From the NCBI RefSeq assembly GCF_047605465.1, contig NZ_JASGFS010000012.1, positions 22,214 to 86,213 on the forward strand: a stretch of DNA of 64,000 nucleotides, given 5' to 3'. The notes below the pieces were generated by a model. That model was not told where the DNA came from. It saw only the letters and a list, made by a program, of their open reading frames with translations, and ran no database searches. The position numbers and the translations under genes are program-made. Position 1 is the first letter of the stretch. Each line of letters starts with the position of its first letter. The DNA is from Bradyrhizobium sp. Lineage in GTDB: Bacteria > Pseudomonadota > Alphaproteobacteria > Rhizobiales > Xanthobacteraceae. Positions 18,412 through 27,670 of this stretch are shown one piece after another.

Positions 18412-18452
18412 AGGGCCGGTCGCGCTTATCGCTGCTTTGCGCTCTGCGGCTA

Positions 18453-19370
18453 TCAGCCCGACCGCTTCTGCTTCACGCGCTTGCGGGCTTCGGGCCGCAT
18501 CGACCGGATGGTTTCGAGGAACGCCTGCAGGATCGGCGAGGCGTCGTCGCGACGATAGATGCAATTGAAGTCGACGGTGACCGGTGGCGATTCCGCGAGC
18601 CCCCGGAAGACGACGCCGGGCAATGTGAGCTGTGCGACGGTGGCCGGCACCAGCGAGACGCCGAAGCCTGCGGCCACGAGCGCCACCGCGGTTACGGAGT
18701 CGTCGACTTCCTGTGCGATTTCGGGTTGAAACCCGCTATCGAGGCAAAGCCCGAAGACCATGTCCATCAGATTGGGCCTGGGTCCACTGGCGAAGATCAC
18801 CATCGGGCGATCGGCGATCTGCTTCAGCGCCACCGATGATTGGGCGCATAGCGGATCGGCCGCGTTGAGGGCGACCATCAGCGGTTCGCTCCTTACCTTC
18901 TCGTTGGCGATGCCCGCAAGCTTCAGGCCCAGCAGGTTGAACCCGACGGTGACGCGGCGATCGTACAAGGCCTGCAACTGCTCTTCCTTGTTCATCGCGT
19001 GGACGATGACCTCGATGTCCGGATATTGCATGCGAAACATGCGCAGCAATTCCGGCACGGCCAGGATGTTCGATCCGAACAGGCCGATGTCGAGGCGTCC
19101 GGATTGCCCGAGCCCGGCCCGCTTGGTGCGTTCGCGGGCGCGGGCCGCGAGGACAAGCAGGTTGCGCGCTTCCTCGAACAGCACCTGACCGGCATCGGTC
19201 ATCTGAACGCCCCTGCGCGTTCGCTGGAACAGCGTCGCGCCGATCTCGGCTTCGAGCTGGTGGATCTGCCGCGTCAGCGGAGGCTGCGAGATATTCAGCC
19301 GCCGCGCGGCCCGCCCGATATTGGCCTCCTCGGCCACAGCAACGAAATAACGCAACCGCGTCAGGTCCAT
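18453..19370 (-). CDS. LysR family transcriptional regulator
   Basis: MDLTRLRYFVAVAEEANIGRAARRLNISQPPLTRQIHQLEAEIGATLFQRTRRG is a canonical LysR HTH. It has a LysR substrate-binding C-terminus. Confidence 0.9.
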   Translation of the reverse strand: MDLTRLRYFVAVAEEANIGRAARRLNISQPPLTRQIHQLEAEIGATLFQRTRRGVQMTDAGQVLFEEARNLLVLAARARERTKRAGLGQSGRLDIGLFGSNILAVPELLRMFRMQYPDIEVIVHAMNKEEQLQALYDRRVTVGFNLLGLKLAGIANEKVRSEPLMVALNAADPLCAQSSVALKQIADRPMVIFASGPRPNLMDMVFGLCLDSGFQPEIAQEVDDSVTAVALVAAGFGVSLVPATVAQLTLPGVVFRGLAESPPVTVDFNCIYRRDDASPILQAFLETIRSMRPEARKRVKQKRSG

Positions 19371-19384
19371 GAGATTGCTCCGAC

Positions 19385-19399
19385 ATACCCAAAAGGTAT
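19385..19399. promoter_or_regulatory. LysR-type T-N11-A box (ATACC-N5-GGTAT)
   Basis: Perfect dyad ATACCcaaaaGGTAT, 15 bp upstream of the lysR start, in the divergent lysR/tctC-like intergenic region. Confidence 0.5.
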
Positions 19400-19513
19400 C
19401 GTGATGAGCCTTAACACATATTGGACGGTATCGAAACGGCCAGCTATTGCAGTGTCCAACGTCCGCGTCGTGAAAAAAGCGGACGAGGGAGGATAGCGAA
19501 GTTGCGACAGAGG

Positions 19514-20482
19514 ATGCTTCTCAGGCTTGGCGGTATGGTGCTGGCGGCGGTGACGGCCGGCGGAGTCGTTTCGGGCGCGCTCGCGGCGGATTATCCGACG
19601 CGTGTGGTGCGGATCATCGTGCCCTATGCGCCCGGCGGATCGGCCGGAGCCCAGGCGCGAACGCTCGCCGAAGAACTGAGCCGCATCTGGAAACAGCAGG
19701 TTGTCGTCGAGGACAAGCCGGGGGCGGGCACCACGATCGGCGCGGCCTATGTCGCGGGCTCCGCGCCTGATGGGTATACGCTGTATCTCGCCGGGACGTC
19801 GCACACGATCTCGCCCAGTCTCTACAGCAACATCAAATATGACGCCGTGAAGAGTTTCGCGCCGGTCTCGCGATTGGCGACGTCGCCGTTCATCTGGCTG
19901 GTCAATCCGACGCTCGGCGTCAATTCCATCGCCGATTTCGTCGCGCTTGCGAAGAGCAAGCCCGGTCAGCTGAACTACAGCACCTCCGGTGTCGGTGCGG
20001 GCCCGCATCTTGCGGCCGAGATGATGAAGGCCGCGGGCAAGATCGACATCAAGCACGTTCCCTTCCGCGGCTCGGCTCCGGCGATGACGGCGCTGCTCGG
20101 GAATTTCGTCGAGTTCAGCATGGGCGATGTCAGCGCGCTGCCGACGGTGAAGGCAGGCAGCCTGAAGGCGCTCGCCGTCACGACCGCCACGCGGTTCTCG
20201 GAACTACCTGATGTCCCGACCCTCGACGAAACCATTCAGAAGGGCCTGAACGTCACCAACTGGAGCGCAATTCTGGCGCCGGCCGATACGCCGCCGGAAC
20301 TGGTCAAGTTCATCAACGGCTCCATCATGAAGGCGCTGGAATCGCCGGACTTGAAGAAATCGTTCCAGGCCCAGGGCTTCGAGCCGGCGCCGAGCACGCC
20401 GGAGGAGCTCCGTGATTTCATGACGGCGGAAGTCGCGAAATATCGCGACGTGATCGAAAAGGCCGGGATCAAGTCTGAATGA
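19514..20482 (+). CDS. Tripartite tricarboxylate transporter substrate-binding protein (Bug/TctC family)
   Basis: Signal peptide followed by AADYPTRVVRIIVPYAPGGSAGAQAR, YSTSGVGAGPHLAAE, and VPFRGSAPAMTALLGN, which are family hallmarks. I trimmed the start to ATG 19514. Confidence 0.85.
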   Translation: MLLRLGGMVLAAVTAGGVVSGALAADYPTRVVRIIVPYAPGGSAGAQARTLAEELSRIWKQQVVVEDKPGAGTTIGAAYVAGSAPDGYTLYLAGTSHTISPSLYSNIKYDAVKSFAPVSRLATSPFIWLVNPTLGVNSIADFVALAKSKPGQLNYSTSGVGAGPHLAAEMMKAAGKIDIKHVPFRGSAPAMTALLGNFVEFSMGDVSALPTVKAGSLKALAVTTATRFSELPDVPTLDETIQKGLNVTNWSAILAPADTPPELVKFINGSIMKALESPDLKKSFQAQGFEPAPSTPEELRDFMTAEVAKYRDVIEKAGIKSE

Positions 20483-20518
20483 CGTCGTCAGCTTGGTGAA
20501 TCAGCAAAGGAAGCCAAA

Positions 20519-21394
20519 ATGAGACTGGTATCGTTTGAACGCGGCGGCGCCTCCCATTACGGAGCCGTCAAGGGTGACAAGGTCGTGGACCTCAGCACCA
20601 GGCTGGGCGGCACGCACCCCACCATCGTCGATTTCATCGCCAAGGACGGCGTGCGGCTCGCGGCGCCGATCGTCACCGCCGAAAAGGGCGATTTCGAGTA
20701 CGACAAGTTGAAGCTGCTTCCGGTGGTGCCGAATCCGGCTCACATCATCTGCGTCGGCCTGAACTATCACGACCACATCAACGAGGCGAACAAGCAGCTC
20801 AGCCGCACGGACAAGGGGTTCGAGCGCCCGATGATCTTCGCGCGCTGGCCGGAATCCCTGACGGCGCACAATCAGCCGATCTTCCGTCCGAAGGTTTCGC
20901 ACCAGCTCGACTACGAAGCCGAGCTTCTCGTCGTGATCGGAAAGGACACCGGCCGCTACGTCAAGGCCGACAAGGCGCTCGACTATGTCTTCGGCTATTC
21001 GTGCCTCAACGAGGCGTGCCTGCGCGACTACCAGCGTCACAGCCGGCAGATCAATCCGGGCAAGAACTTCGAGCGAACCGGTGCGACCGGACCCTGGCTC
21101 GTGACCGCCGACGAGATCAAGCACCCGGAAAATCTCCTGATCGAGATGCGCCTGAACGGCCAGGTGATGCAGAAGGCCAATACCAGCGACATGATCCATT
21201 CGGTGGCGCAGGTCATCGAATACGTCACGGAATGGATGCCGCTGCGCCCGGGCGACCTGATCGCGAGCGGTACGATGGGCGGAGTCGGATTTGCCCGTGA
21301 CCCGCAGGTCTTCATGAAGCCGGGCGATGTCGCCGAAGTCACGATCGAAGGCATCGGGACGCTACGCAACGAGATCGCAGACGACCGTTTCTGA
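20519..21394 (+). CDS. Fumarylacetoacetate hydrolase (FAH) family protein
   Basis: IICVGLNYHDH, LDYEAELLVVIGK and PGDLIASGTMGGVG are the typical FAH-family metal-binding and C-terminal motifs. Confidence 0.85.
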   Translation: MRLVSFERGGASHYGAVKGDKVVDLSTRLGGTHPTIVDFIAKDGVRLAAPIVTAEKGDFEYDKLKLLPVVPNPAHIICVGLNYHDHINEANKQLSRTDKGFERPMIFARWPESLTAHNQPIFRPKVSHQLDYEAELLVVIGKDTGRYVKADKALDYVFGYSCLNEACLRDYQRHSRQINPGKNFERTGATGPWLVTADEIKHPENLLIEMRLNGQVMQKANTSDMIHSVAQVIEYVTEWMPLRPGDLIASGTMGGVGFARDPQVFMKPGDVAEVTIEGIGTLRNEIADDRF

Positions 21395-21412
21395 TCGCGA
21401 CGTCGGTCGCGA
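21395..21412 (+). terminator. Short hairpin immediately after the FAH-family stop codon
   Basis: tcgcgac-gtcg-gtcgcga has a perfect 7-bp stem and a 4-nt loop, with no T-tract. It could be an attenuator, a processing site or coincidence. Confidence 0.25.
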
Positions 21413-21486
21413 GACAATCTCTTGAGCTCCAGCGGCAGAGCCGTCGTTGGAGAGCAATTCCTGCTGACCAGATAAAGGAATGATCC

Positions 21487-23622
21487 ATGCCGTTGAGAGG
21501 CGATCCGTCGGATGCCGACAACCAGTCCGTTTCGGTCGGCGTCGACGTCGGCGGCACGTTCACGGATCTCGTCGTCTACGACGCGCGGGCCGACGAAGTG
21601 CGGACCGCCAAGGTGCTGACCACGCCCCGCGACATCCCGGCCGCCATCTTCGAATCGTTCGAACAGGTGTCGGTCGATCTCGCCGCGACCGCCTACGTGA
21701 AGCACGGCACCACGACGGCGATCAACACGGCCCTCGAGCGCACCGGCGCGAAGACGGCCCTGATCACGACCAAGGGCTTTCGCGACATCCTCGAGCTCGG
21801 CCGCGGCAACCGGCCGGATTCCTTCAACCTGTTCTATAAGCGGCTGTCGCCGCTGGTGCCGCGCAACCTGCGCTTCGAGGTCAGCGCGCGCATGGACGGG
21901 CAGGGCAACGAGATCGCACCGGTCCGCACCGAGGAGCTCGATGAGATCCTGCATGCGCTGAGCGATGCCGGTGTCGAGGCCATCGCCGTCTGCCTGCTGC
22001 ACGCCTACCGCAATCCCGCGCACGAGTTGCAGATCGGCGAATATCTGCGTGGCAAGACATCGCGGTTTGTGTCCCTTTCAAACGCCCTGTCACGTGAATG
22101 GCGCGAGCACGAGCGCACCTCGACCGCCGTGGTGAATGCCTATGTCGGTCCGCGGATGGAACGCTACCTGGAGGCGCTGCAGTCGCGCCTGACGGAGCGC
22201 AGCCTGTCCGGAAGGCTGCTGCTGATGGAATCGAACGGCGGGGTCATGACCAGCGAACTCGCCGCCCAGCATCCCGTGTACCTCTTGGAATCGGGTCCGG
22301 TCGCGGGTGCGGTCGCAGCGGCGGCGCTGTCGAACAAGCTCGGTTATCAGAACGCCATCTCCTTCGACATGGGCGGCACCACGGCCAAATGCACCTTGAT
22401 CAACAAGGGGCGCATCGAGATCGCCGACATCTACTATGTGGGCGGCTACGAGCAGGGTTATCCGGTTCAGGTTCCCGTGGTCGACATCGTCGAGGTCGGC
22501 GCCGGCGGCGGCAGCATCGCCTATCTCGACGAGGCAGGGTCGCTGAAGGTTGGCCCGCGCAGCGCCGGTGCCGAGCCGGGCCCGGTGTGTTATGGGCGAG
22601 GCGGGCTCGAGCCCACCATCACCGATGCCAACGCGGCGCTCGGACGGTTCGCGCCGTCGGGCCTGTTGGGCGGCGAGATGAGCCTGGATGCGGCGGCATC
22701 GACACGTGCGATCCGCGACAGGATCGCGACGCCACTCGGTTTGCCCGAGGTTCAGATCGCGAGCGGCATCATCCGCCTCGCGGTGGTCACGATGTCGGCC
22801 GCGGTGCGTCGGATCAGCATCGAGCGCGGTCACGATCCCAGGGATTTCGTGCTGATCGTCAGCGGCGGCGCGGGTCCGCTGCACGCGGCGGCGATCGCGC
22901 GCGAACTGTCGATCCCGACCGTTCTGGTGCCGCCATTGCCCGGGCACTTCTCCGCGTGGGGCATGCTGCTGGCCGATATCCGCTTCGACAATGCGCAGAC
23001 CTTCATTGCCGATCTGGAGACCGCCGACATCGCCGAGATCGAAGCGCAGTTCGGCGACATGGAGGAGGCGGCCAAACAGCGCCTGCGCGAAACCGCACCG
23101 CGCCTGGACAAGCTGCAACTGTCCCGTTTCATCGACGTCCGCTACGTCGGCCAGGAACATACGGTGCGTACGCCCGCGCCGGCCTCGTTCAAGACCGCCG
23201 CGGACAAGCAGCAATTGCGCGAGACATTCCTCCAGATGTACGCGCAGAGATATGGACATGCCGATCCGCGCGGCAAGCTGCAATTGGTGACGCTGCGCGT
23301 CATGCTCGACGGGATCGTCGACAAGCCGCGGCTCGAAAGCTTCAGGCCCAAGGCAACCGCCCCGGGCAAACCCGTCGCGACGACAAAGACCTATTTCGAC
23401 GAAACCGGATGGGTGGACTGCCCGGTCTACCAGCGCGAGACGCTGTCGAGCGGTCAGGCGCTTTCCGGCCCGGCGATCATCGTCGAGACCGGCTCGACCA
23501 CGGTCGTGTGGCCGCAGGACAAGGTCGAAGTCGACGGATACGGCAACATCATCATCCAGGTCACGCCCCGGCAGGCGGCTCGGGAGTTCGGCAAGGAAAC
23601 GGCAGGAGCAGCGGCATCATGA
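21487..23622 (+). CDS. Hydantoinase/oxoprolinase family protein, A-type (HyuA-like)
   Basis: VGVDVGGTFTDLVV N-terminus, ISFDMGGTTAK, and GAGGGSIA (ASKHA-fold ATPase motifs of Hydant_A). Confidence 0.9.
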   Translation: MPLRGDPSDADNQSVSVGVDVGGTFTDLVVYDARADEVRTAKVLTTPRDIPAAIFESFEQVSVDLAATAYVKHGTTTAINTALERTGAKTALITTKGFRDILELGRGNRPDSFNLFYKRLSPLVPRNLRFEVSARMDGQGNEIAPVRTEELDEILHALSDAGVEAIAVCLLHAYRNPAHELQIGEYLRGKTSRFVSLSNALSREWREHERTSTAVVNAYVGPRMERYLEALQSRLTERSLSGRLLLMESNGGVMTSELAAQHPVYLLESGPVAGAVAAAALSNKLGYQNAISFDMGGTTAKCTLINKGRIEIADIYYVGGYEQGYPVQVPVVDIVEVGAGGGSIAYLDEAGSLKVGPRSAGAEPGPVCYGRGGLEPTITDANAALGRFAPSGLLGGEMSLDAAASTRAIRDRIATPLGLPEVQIASGIIRLAVVTMSAAVRRISIERGHDPRDFVLIVSGGAGPLHAAAIARELSIPTVLVPPLPGHFSAWGMLLADIRFDNAQTFIADLETADIAEIEAQFGDMEEAAKQRLRETAPRLDKLQLSRFIDVRYVGQEHTVRTPAPASFKTAADKQQLRETFLQMYAQRYGHADPRGKLQLVTLRVMLDGIVDKPRLESFRPKATAPGKPVATTKTYFDETGWVDCPVYQRETLSSGQALSGPAIIVETGSTTVVWPQDKVEVDGYGNIIIQVTPRQAAREFGKETAGAAAS

Positions 23623-25376
23623 ACAAGCCGACCAAGATGCGCACGGATCCCATCACGTTCGAGGTGATCGACTTCCTACTGCGCGCCATCGCGAGCGAGC
23701 TCGAGACCAATCTCACGCGCACCTCTTACAGCCTGATGATCTACGAGTACAAGGATTTTGCCGTCGGCATCGTGGCCGCGGACGGGCAACTGATCTGTCA
23801 GGGGACCGGAGGGCTGCCGATCTTCCTGGCGGACATCGGCGCGCCGCTGAAATCCGTGCTCGAAGCCCACCCGATCGAGACGATACGTCCGGGCGATGCC
23901 TTCGTCACCAACGATCCGGAGGCCAGCGGTCAGCATCTGAACAACGTGACGATGTACATGCCGGTTTTCGGCGACGAGGGCGAAGGGCTGATCGCGTTCA
24001 TCACCGTGCGGGCGCACTGGACCGACATCGGCGGCTGTGTCTTCGGCTCGATGATGACGAGCAGCAGCACCGAGATCTTCCAGGAGGGCGTGCAGTTTCC
24101 CGCACTGAAGTTCTGCAATGCCGGACAGGACGACGAGCAGATCCTGCGCCTGATCGCCAGGAACAGCCGCATTCCCGAGATCACGATCGGTGATCTCCAG
24201 GCTCAGCTCGCGGCCTGCCGGCTCGGCGAGCAGCGCCTCAAGGAGATGATGTCGCGCTACGGCTGGGAAACCATCAAGGGAACGATCGACGAACGGTGGG
24301 TGCGTTCCGAGCAGCTCGCGCGCAAGCGCATCGAACAGATCCCCGACGGCGTCTATGAAGCGTCCTGCTGGCTCGACAATGACGGCATTGAAATGGACCG
24401 TCGGCTGCCGTTCAACTTCAAGGTCATCGTCAAGAACGATGAGGTCACGATCGATTTTTCGGACATCGTCGGGCAGGTGAAGGGCCCCTACAATGCGGGC
24501 ATGGTGGGTGGCGGCATCACGGCGGCCAAGGTCGCCTATAAATATGCGCTGATCCCGGACCTGCACTCGGATGAAGGCTGCTTCCGGCCGTTGAAAGTGA
24601 TCCTGCCGCCCGGCAAGATCCTCAGCGCGCGCGCAGGCGCGCCGATGGCGCGGTTCAATGTCATCATGGCCACCGTGATCGATGGATTGATCAAGGCGTT
24701 CGGCGAGGTGGTTCCGGAGAACGTCGCGGCCGCTCACCACGCGGCGCAGAATTCCATTCAATTCACGGGATTGCGCGCGGACGGCAGGCTGTGGAATTAC
24801 AACGACACCGCTCACGGCGGCTGGGGTGCGTCAAGGCATGGCGACGGCAGCGGTCCGTTCAAGACCATGTCGCACGGGGACTGCAAGGACATTCCCGTCG
24901 AGATCGTCGAGGCGCTTTATCCGATCAGGATCGATGAGCTTTCGCTGCGACCGGACTCCGGCGGCGCCGGTCGCGCGCGCGGCGGGCTCGGCACCGTCAG
25001 GCGCTGCACGGCGCTCGATCCTGCCAATCTCACCGTCGCGTGGGAGCGTACGACGTGCGCGCCCTGGGGATTGTTCGGCGGCAAGGCTGCTGAAGTCGGA
25101 TCGGTGGTCGTTCACCAGCCGGAATCGGCTCCGGCTTCCATCACCAAGGTGACCCAGATGCCGATCCGGCAGGGCACGCAGATCACGTTCCTGACCGCGG
25201 GCGGGGGTGGGGCGGGCGATCCCTTCGAGCGGCCTGTCAGTGCCGTCGCACGCGACGTCGAGATGGGCTACATCAGCGCGGAGCGCGCATTGCAGGACTA
25301 CGGCGTGTCGATCTCCGCGCAGGGAAAAGTCGACGAACCCGCGACGGCGAAACACAGGGAAAAGCGGCCGAGGTGA
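23619..25376 (+). CDS. Hydantoinase B/oxoprolinase family protein (HyuB-like)
   Basis: DPITFEVIDFLLRAIASELETNLTRTSYSLMIYEYKDFAVGI and VTNDPEASGQHLNNVTM are Hydantoinase_B signatures. ATG 23619 overlaps the hyuA-like stop (ATGA). The upstream part of the listed 1092-aa ORF is an alternate-frame artefact. Confidence 0.9.
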   Translation: MNKPTKMRTDPITFEVIDFLLRAIASELETNLTRTSYSLMIYEYKDFAVGIVAADGQLICQGTGGLPIFLADIGAPLKSVLEAHPIETIRPGDAFVTNDPEASGQHLNNVTMYMPVFGDEGEGLIAFITVRAHWTDIGGCVFGSMMTSSSTEIFQEGVQFPALKFCNAGQDDEQILRLIARNSRIPEITIGDLQAQLAACRLGEQRLKEMMSRYGWETIKGTIDERWVRSEQLARKRIEQIPDGVYEASCWLDNDGIEMDRRLPFNFKVIVKNDEVTIDFSDIVGQVKGPYNAGMVGGGITAAKVAYKYALIPDLHSDEGCFRPLKVILPPGKILSARAGAPMARFNVIMATVIDGLIKAFGEVVPENVAAAHHAAQNSIQFTGLRADGRLWNYNDTAHGGWGASRHGDGSGPFKTMSHGDCKDIPVEIVEALYPIRIDELSLRPDSGGAGRARGGLGTVRRCTALDPANLTVAWERTTCAPWGLFGGKAAEVGSVVVHQPESAPASITKVTQMPIRQGTQITFLTAGGGGAGDPFERPVSAVARDVEMGYISAERALQDYGVSISAQGKVDEPATAKHREKRPR

Positions 25377-25499
25377 CGCGAGCGCAGTGAGCCGTTCGCT
25401 AGCGTGTAGAGCGCCGCAATAATCCTCGCGGAGCGGCTTGTGACAGGGGCGGGCGCATCAGCCGCACGGTCGCGTGCGCTCATGAATGCCGAGTTCGCC

Positions 25500-26195
25500 T
25501 CACGGCACCCGGCAGGCGGCGAGGAAGAACGTAACGCTCCGCGCCACGTGCTGGTCGATCTCCGCATCCAGCACATCGAGGTCCATCTCGAACAGCGCCC
25601 GCAGCAGCATGGGCACGGCGACGAGATCGAGGAACAAGCGGGCCGTCGTCGCCAGGCGCTCCGGCGCAAAGGCCGGCAATGACCGGAGTTCGCCGGATTG
25701 TGTCACCTCGCTCAGCAGGCGGATTCCGAGGTCCGTGCTGAGATCGCGCGCCCTGCGGCTGACCGTGCTGGCCAGCTCGGGAAAGCGGCGCGCTTCCGCG
25801 ATCGCGAGCCGCATCAGCGCGATCCGCTCCCGGTCGAGACCCCAGTGGATCAGGGTGCTCGCAGCGCTGGTCAGGCGTTCCTCGATCGTCCCGCCGGTCA
25901 GCGTCTTCGCGTCGAACTCGGAGATGCGTGAGAGGATGTCCCGCGTCACCACTTCGGTGAACAGCGCGCGCTTGTCGCGGAAGCGGGCATAGATCGTCGC
26001 CTTGCCGGAGCGGGCAACCTCGGCCACCTCGTCGATGCTCGCGCCTTCGAAGCCGCGCTCCAGAAATATCTTCCGTGCGGCGGCGAGGATGCGGGTGTCG
26101 ACCTCGCCGGCGAGCTGCTTGGGCGGGCGGCCGAAGCGGACCGTGGCGCGCTTCGGCTTCGCCGCTGGCAACTTCTTCAAAGTGCTGGGTTTCAT
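25500..26195 (-). CDS. TetR/AcrR family transcriptional regulator
   Basis: HTH region ILAAARKIFLERGFEGASIDEVAEVARSGKATIYARFRDKRALF. It is divergent from the efflux genes. Confidence 0.9.
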   Translation of the reverse strand: MKPSTLKKLPAAKPKRATVRFGRPPKQLAGEVDTRILAAARKIFLERGFEGASIDEVAEVARSGKATIYARFRDKRALFTEVVTRDILSRISEFDAKTLTGGTIEERLTSAASTLIHWGLDRERIALMRLAIAEARRFPELASTVSRRARDLSTDLGIRLLSEVTQSGELRSLPAFAPERLATTARLFLDLVAVPMLLRALFEMDLDVLDAEIDQHVARSVTFFLAACRVP

Positions 26196-26261
26196 CGCGA
26201 TAAAGCCCGGTTCGAGATCCGTAAGTCCCTCAATCTACACGCATCTGTGATGATTGTAAAT

Positions 26262-26282
26262 AGAACGGAACAGTTCCGTTCT
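26262..26282. promoter_or_regulatory. Operator candidate 1: perfect 10-1-10 palindrome AGAACGGAAC-A-GTTCCGTTCT
   Basis: Read directly from the sequence. It lies in the tetR/efflux divergent intergenic region and shares the core ACGGAAC-N-GTTCCGT with site 2. Confidence 0.6.
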
Positions 26283-26319
26283 TATTGACTGGAGCGGCCC
26301 GCGGCATTATGTCCACCCC

Positions 26320-26340
26320 GAAACGGAACGGTTCCGTTTC
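26320..26340. promoter_or_regulatory. Operator candidate 2: perfect 10-1-10 palindrome GAAACGGAAC-G-GTTCCGTTTC
   Basis: Read directly from the sequence. Its centre is 58 bp from site 1, and it lies 50 bp upstream of the proposed efflux-adaptor start. Confidence 0.6.
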
Positions 26341-26389
26341 TTTATTCGAGCGTCGCAGTGGCAACCACCTGAGATCAGGAGCGGCAATC

Positions 26390-27670
26390 ATGTTCGAAGA
26401 CAATGTTTTGCAACGGGACGATCGCGCGCCCGACGGCGCCGAAAGCGAAGCACCGGTCGCGGCCCCGCACGAGCCCACCATCGAAACCCGCGAGGAGGTC
26501 ACCCAGCCTCGCAATCCTCAGCCCACAAACCCGACCGCCAAGGCGCCTGCCTCGCGTCCCGAAGGGGAGCCGATCCAGGTGCAGGCGGATGACAAGGCGC
26601 GCAGGCCCGGCTTCCTCCGCCGCCGCCCGATCGTCTCGGTCATCGGCGCTGTCATGCTCGCCTCGGCGATCGGCGGCGGATACCTCTACATGGACTATTC
26701 GAGACATTTCGAGACGACCGACGATGCCTTCGTCGCGGCACGGCAGTTTTCGATCGCGCCGAAGATTTCCGGTTATGTTACCGCCGTCCCGGTTACCGAC
26801 AACCAGCACGTCAAGGCCGGCGACGTGATTGCCCGCATCGACGACCGCGACTACCGCACCGCGCTCGAACAGGCGGAAGCGCAAGTCGCGGCGGCGAGAG
26901 CCAGCATCGAGAACATCGATGCGCAACTCGACGTGCAGCAGGCTCAGATCAGCGCCAATCAGGCGCAGGTGGACCAGGCGCAGGCGGCGCTGGTGTTCGC
27001 ACAGCAGCAGGCGGCCCGCTACCAGCATCTGGAACAGACGGGTTACGGCACCGTCCAGAACTCCGAGCAGTACACCTCACAACTGCATCAGCAGCAGGCT
27101 ACGCTCCAGAGCGCGCAGGCGACCTTGAAACTCGCGCAGCGGCAGGTCGAGTCGCTGACCGCGCAGCGCAGAAGTGCCGTTGCCAGCCTCGCGCAGGCCG
27201 ATGCCCAGCGCGACCAGGCACAGCTGAATCTGTCCTACACGACGATCACGGCGGCTCAGGCGGGGCGTGTCGTCGGCCTGAGCGCCGCGGCCGGCCAGTT
27301 CGCCCAGCCGGGCAACAGCCTCGCGATGTTCGTGCCGGATCAGGTCTGGGTGACCGCGAACTTCAAGGAAACGCAACTCGACCACATGCGGCCGGGAGAT
27401 CCCGTGACGCTTGCGATCGACGCCTATCCGGAGCGCAAGATCCGCGGTCACGTCGAGAGCGTGCAGCCGGGCTCAGGCACCGCTTTCTCGCTGCTGCCGG
27501 CGCAGAACGCGACAGGCAATTACGTCAAGATCGTGCAGCGCGTCCCGGTCAAGATCGTCATGGACGACGCCCCGACGGACGTCGCGCTCGGACCCGGCAT
27601 ATCGGTCGTTCCCACCGCGCGGATCGACCAGCGGCCGTCCCTTTATGAACGCCTGAGGAGCGAGCTATGA
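26390..27670 (+). CDS. HlyD/EmrA-type membrane fusion (efflux adaptor) protein
   Basis: A single TM (IVSVIGAVMLASAIGGGYLY) is followed by a lipoyl/barrel region (ISGYVTAVPVTDNQHVKAGDVIARIDDRDY), a long coiled coil (QAEAQVAAARASIENIDAQL...) and LSYTTITAAQAGRV. I chose the start at ATG 26390, preceded by aggagc. Confidence 0.85.
   Translation: MFEDNVLQRDDRAPDGAESEAPVAAPHEPTIETREEVTQPRNPQPTNPTAKAPASRPEGEPIQVQADDKARRPGFLRRRPIVSVIGAVMLASAIGGGYLYMDYSRHFETTDDAFVAARQFSIAPKISGYVTAVPVTDNQHVKAGDVIARIDDRDYRTALEQAEAQVAAARASIENIDAQLDVQQAQISANQAQVDQAQAALVFAQQQAARYQHLEQTGYGTVQNSEQYTSQLHQQQATLQSAQATLKLAQRQVESLTAQRRSAVASLAQADAQRDQAQLNLSYTTITAAQAGRVVGLSAAAGQFAQPGNSLAMFVPDQVWVTANFKETQLDHMRPGDPVTLAIDAYPERKIRGHVESVQPGSGTAFSLLPAQNATGNYVKIVQRVPVKIVMDDAPTDVALGPGISVVPTARIDQRPSLYERLRSEL

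Noticed and set aside
22098-23618. N-terminal 507 codons of the listed 1092-aa ORF 22098..25376.
   Set aside because: This part overlaps the HyuA-like gene in another frame and is Arg/Gly-rich nonsense. Recognisable HyuB sequence begins only at ATG 23619, which overlaps the hyuA stop. The same logic trims ORFs 45699..48161, 39857..41110, 29368..30822, 61431..62996, 62411..63769, 48244..49257, 14471..16096, 37825..39162 and 50410..52278.
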